Of a DNA stretch of 52,660 bases, positions 50,697-52,660 are shown piece by piece. The notes under the pieces were generated by a model. It did not search any database. It was not told where the DNA came from and worked only from the letters and a program-made list of their open reading frames with translations. The stretch lies in NCBI GenBank assembly GCA_003344405.1, contig NOWV01000312.1:1-52660 (forward strand), given 5' to 3'. The translations under genes and the position numbers were made by a program. Numbering within the stretch: the first letter of the stretch is position 1; every line of letters begins with the position of its first letter. This stretch comes from Trichoplax sp. H2. Taxonomy: Eukaryota.

Positions 50697-50918
50697 ATGA
50701 GATTGGCTATTTGGATCTGCATTTTTTTCATCTTCGGTTCAATGCAAGAATGTCTCTGTCAAAAAAACCTTACAATTATATGTTTAATACCTTTCATGTC
50801 ACCCAACTCGGCTAGCAGATTTCTATATACTGCTGCAAGAACAGCGGTTCGCGATGTTAATCAAGCAAATAATATTTTATCAAATTATCAATTGCAGATT
50901 GAATTTCATGATGGTCAG
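50697..50918 (+). CDS. First exon of a class C GPCR (GABA-B-like) or other ANF/Venus-flytrap-domain receptor; no further exons identified in the window
   Basis: Signal peptide MRLAIWICIFFIFGSMQECLC, then AARTAVRDVNQANNILSNYQLQIEFHDGQ (cf. AxxxAxxxINxxxxILxxYxL...DT) and a GTAATG donor at 50919. Confidence 0.78.
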
Positions 50919-52274
50919 GTAATGCATAAATAGTAACGGTAATGTTATACGTGTAATCAGCAAGAAAAGTTTGATTTTATGTATATCTTCATTGGCTAAT
51001 AAAAACCTGAATAATTGCAGTGACAATAAATATAGAATAGACTTTTAATTCTTGACTACTTAAATGATTTTATGACTTATAAATAGTATTGTAGACGTAA
51101 TAACTTTCCATCAGCAAAAATGCATCATCTTTAATTTTATGTCATGATAAATGAATGCATGGATGGATTTTTTTCGCTGAAATGTTGAAATTATATCATA
51201 GATTGCATCCTATCTCATTTAGGATCACATCAATTTATCCCATCCACAATTACACTTAGCAGAAGATCTACATGAATATGAGGACAACATTGCACCACCT
51301 TCTATTGAATTCTGATCTACGGACTGAATTACTTCCAACAGTTATAAAAACATTAAATTTTTAGTTTATAAATTACTTGTACATAGCTAGTTGTTGATAA
51401 AATCATCATAGATTCACATTGTGTAGTACAATAGCGAAATTAAGGGGTTATAATTAAATAATTTCTTGGTATTAATCGTGTAAATATCAACGACGTGCTT
51501 GAAAAGAAAGTCATTCCATAAACTTATTGATACTTTTTGTACCAGCTTCTGCAAAATTCATAGATCAATTAATCGACCAGGTTAATTTTGTTATTAAAAT
51601 GACTGTAATAGTAGATAGTCGATGTGGAGTCTTTCACTACAATTGGTAGTTTAGTAAGTTCAGTGACGTCGTAATATGCATTCATAGTGCCAGAGCTAAT
51701 ATGATTATATTGAATGAGTTAATTACAAAAATGACGGTTAATTTTTACTAGAATACCCTAGTGACCGAAAAATCATCTATTTACTCCTTCAGCTTTATTT
51801 TTCAGTATCAAGCAAAATTGCAAGTAAATAAACCTGGACTGGGAACCTAATTATTTGTTTATTGATTTTTATATACGATAATAATGCAAAAATTAATATT
51901 TCTAGAATTAGTAACTATTAAATAATATAGCTTTGTCTCAAAACAGCTTTGCAACAACATAACGGAATATACGATCAATAAGTCAATTCCTTGAACCACG
52001 TATCAAGGAACGATATCTGTACTATCACAAACACTTTTGCTCTACTAGCAGACTACACAAAGACTTAAACGCCTCGTATTTTACGTTAAACACTAAGTTG
52101 GACAATTCTCTTTATTTCACGATATACTACATTTATATACTATTCCTCAATAGTTCATGAGTCATAGTTAATACAATTAACCTCGGAATCATTTACTGAA
52201 TTAGATATTAATTATAGCTACTGCTCCCTTAATGCAGACAACAGTATTTACAAANNNNNNNNNNNNNNNNNNNN

Positions 52275-52475
52275 GAGGAAATCATAAATGACTAATAAGA
52301 ATATGTTATTTCTATGTTAAGACAGGGCTACGATATAATTGAGCTAGATTCAAAGCGATTTCCACAGAGTATTTTGTTAAATATAAATTATACATATTTA
52401 GAGTTATGCTACAATCTAGTGGAAATTGGCTTTTACTAAAAATAGACTATACCGTATTTAGAAGTAAACACTACA
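52275..52475. mobile_element. Right end of the TG...CA insertion; TSD ATTAT at 52476-52480
   Basis: Ends AAACACTACA, whose reverse complement TGTAGTGTTT is an 8/10 match to the left end TGTGATGTTT. It is followed by ATTAT and then sequence matching 22365 onward. Confidence 0.75.
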
Positions 52476-52660
52476 ATTATGGAATGAACATACCGGGTTG
52501 GACTCTACTTTACTTCAAGCTCAGGATGTTTTATATTATTTTCTTGTTATTAGCTAATTAATTATTTCGCTACTTTTCTAAAAACATTGCAATAATAGTC
52601 TGTTTCAAATTCTATCTCTTCTAAGACTATTAATTGTCAGAATTAGATTTTTAAGATTAG
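52476..52660 (+). repeat. Duplicate of 22360-22544
   Basis: ATTATGGAATGAACATACCGGGTTGGACTCTAC...GATTTTTAAGATTAG; identical by eye. Confidence 0.95.

Overview
This is AT-rich, intron-containing animal genomic DNA, not prokaryotic. Short GT-AG introns, compact genes, divergent GPCRs and ACAGT-type repeats suggest a placozoan such as Trichoplax; that assignment is inference. Genes I could rebuild by hand: an intronless bacterial-type alpha/beta hydrolase (+), UXT (-, 6 exons) head-to-head with a polo-like kinase (+, 12 exons), LRRC72 (-, with an RFX X-box), two rhodopsin-class GPCRs, U1 snRNP C (SNRPC, +), and the first exon of a class C GPCR/ANF-receptor gene. Mobile DNA: a 443-bp solo LTR with a 5-bp TSD, and a second TG...CA element whose two ends lie 30 kb apart, with its empty insertion site also present. 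All four 20-N gaps are associated with duplicated sequence, which most likely reflects uncollapsed haplotypes. The most striking feature is that the upstream regions of UXT/PLK and SNRPC are ~1.5-kb, comparatively GC-rich blocks saturated with interspersed GTAC(A/T) pentamers. These pentamers are gained, lost and flipped between copies, and the UXT/PLK block diverges much faster than the neighbouring DNA.
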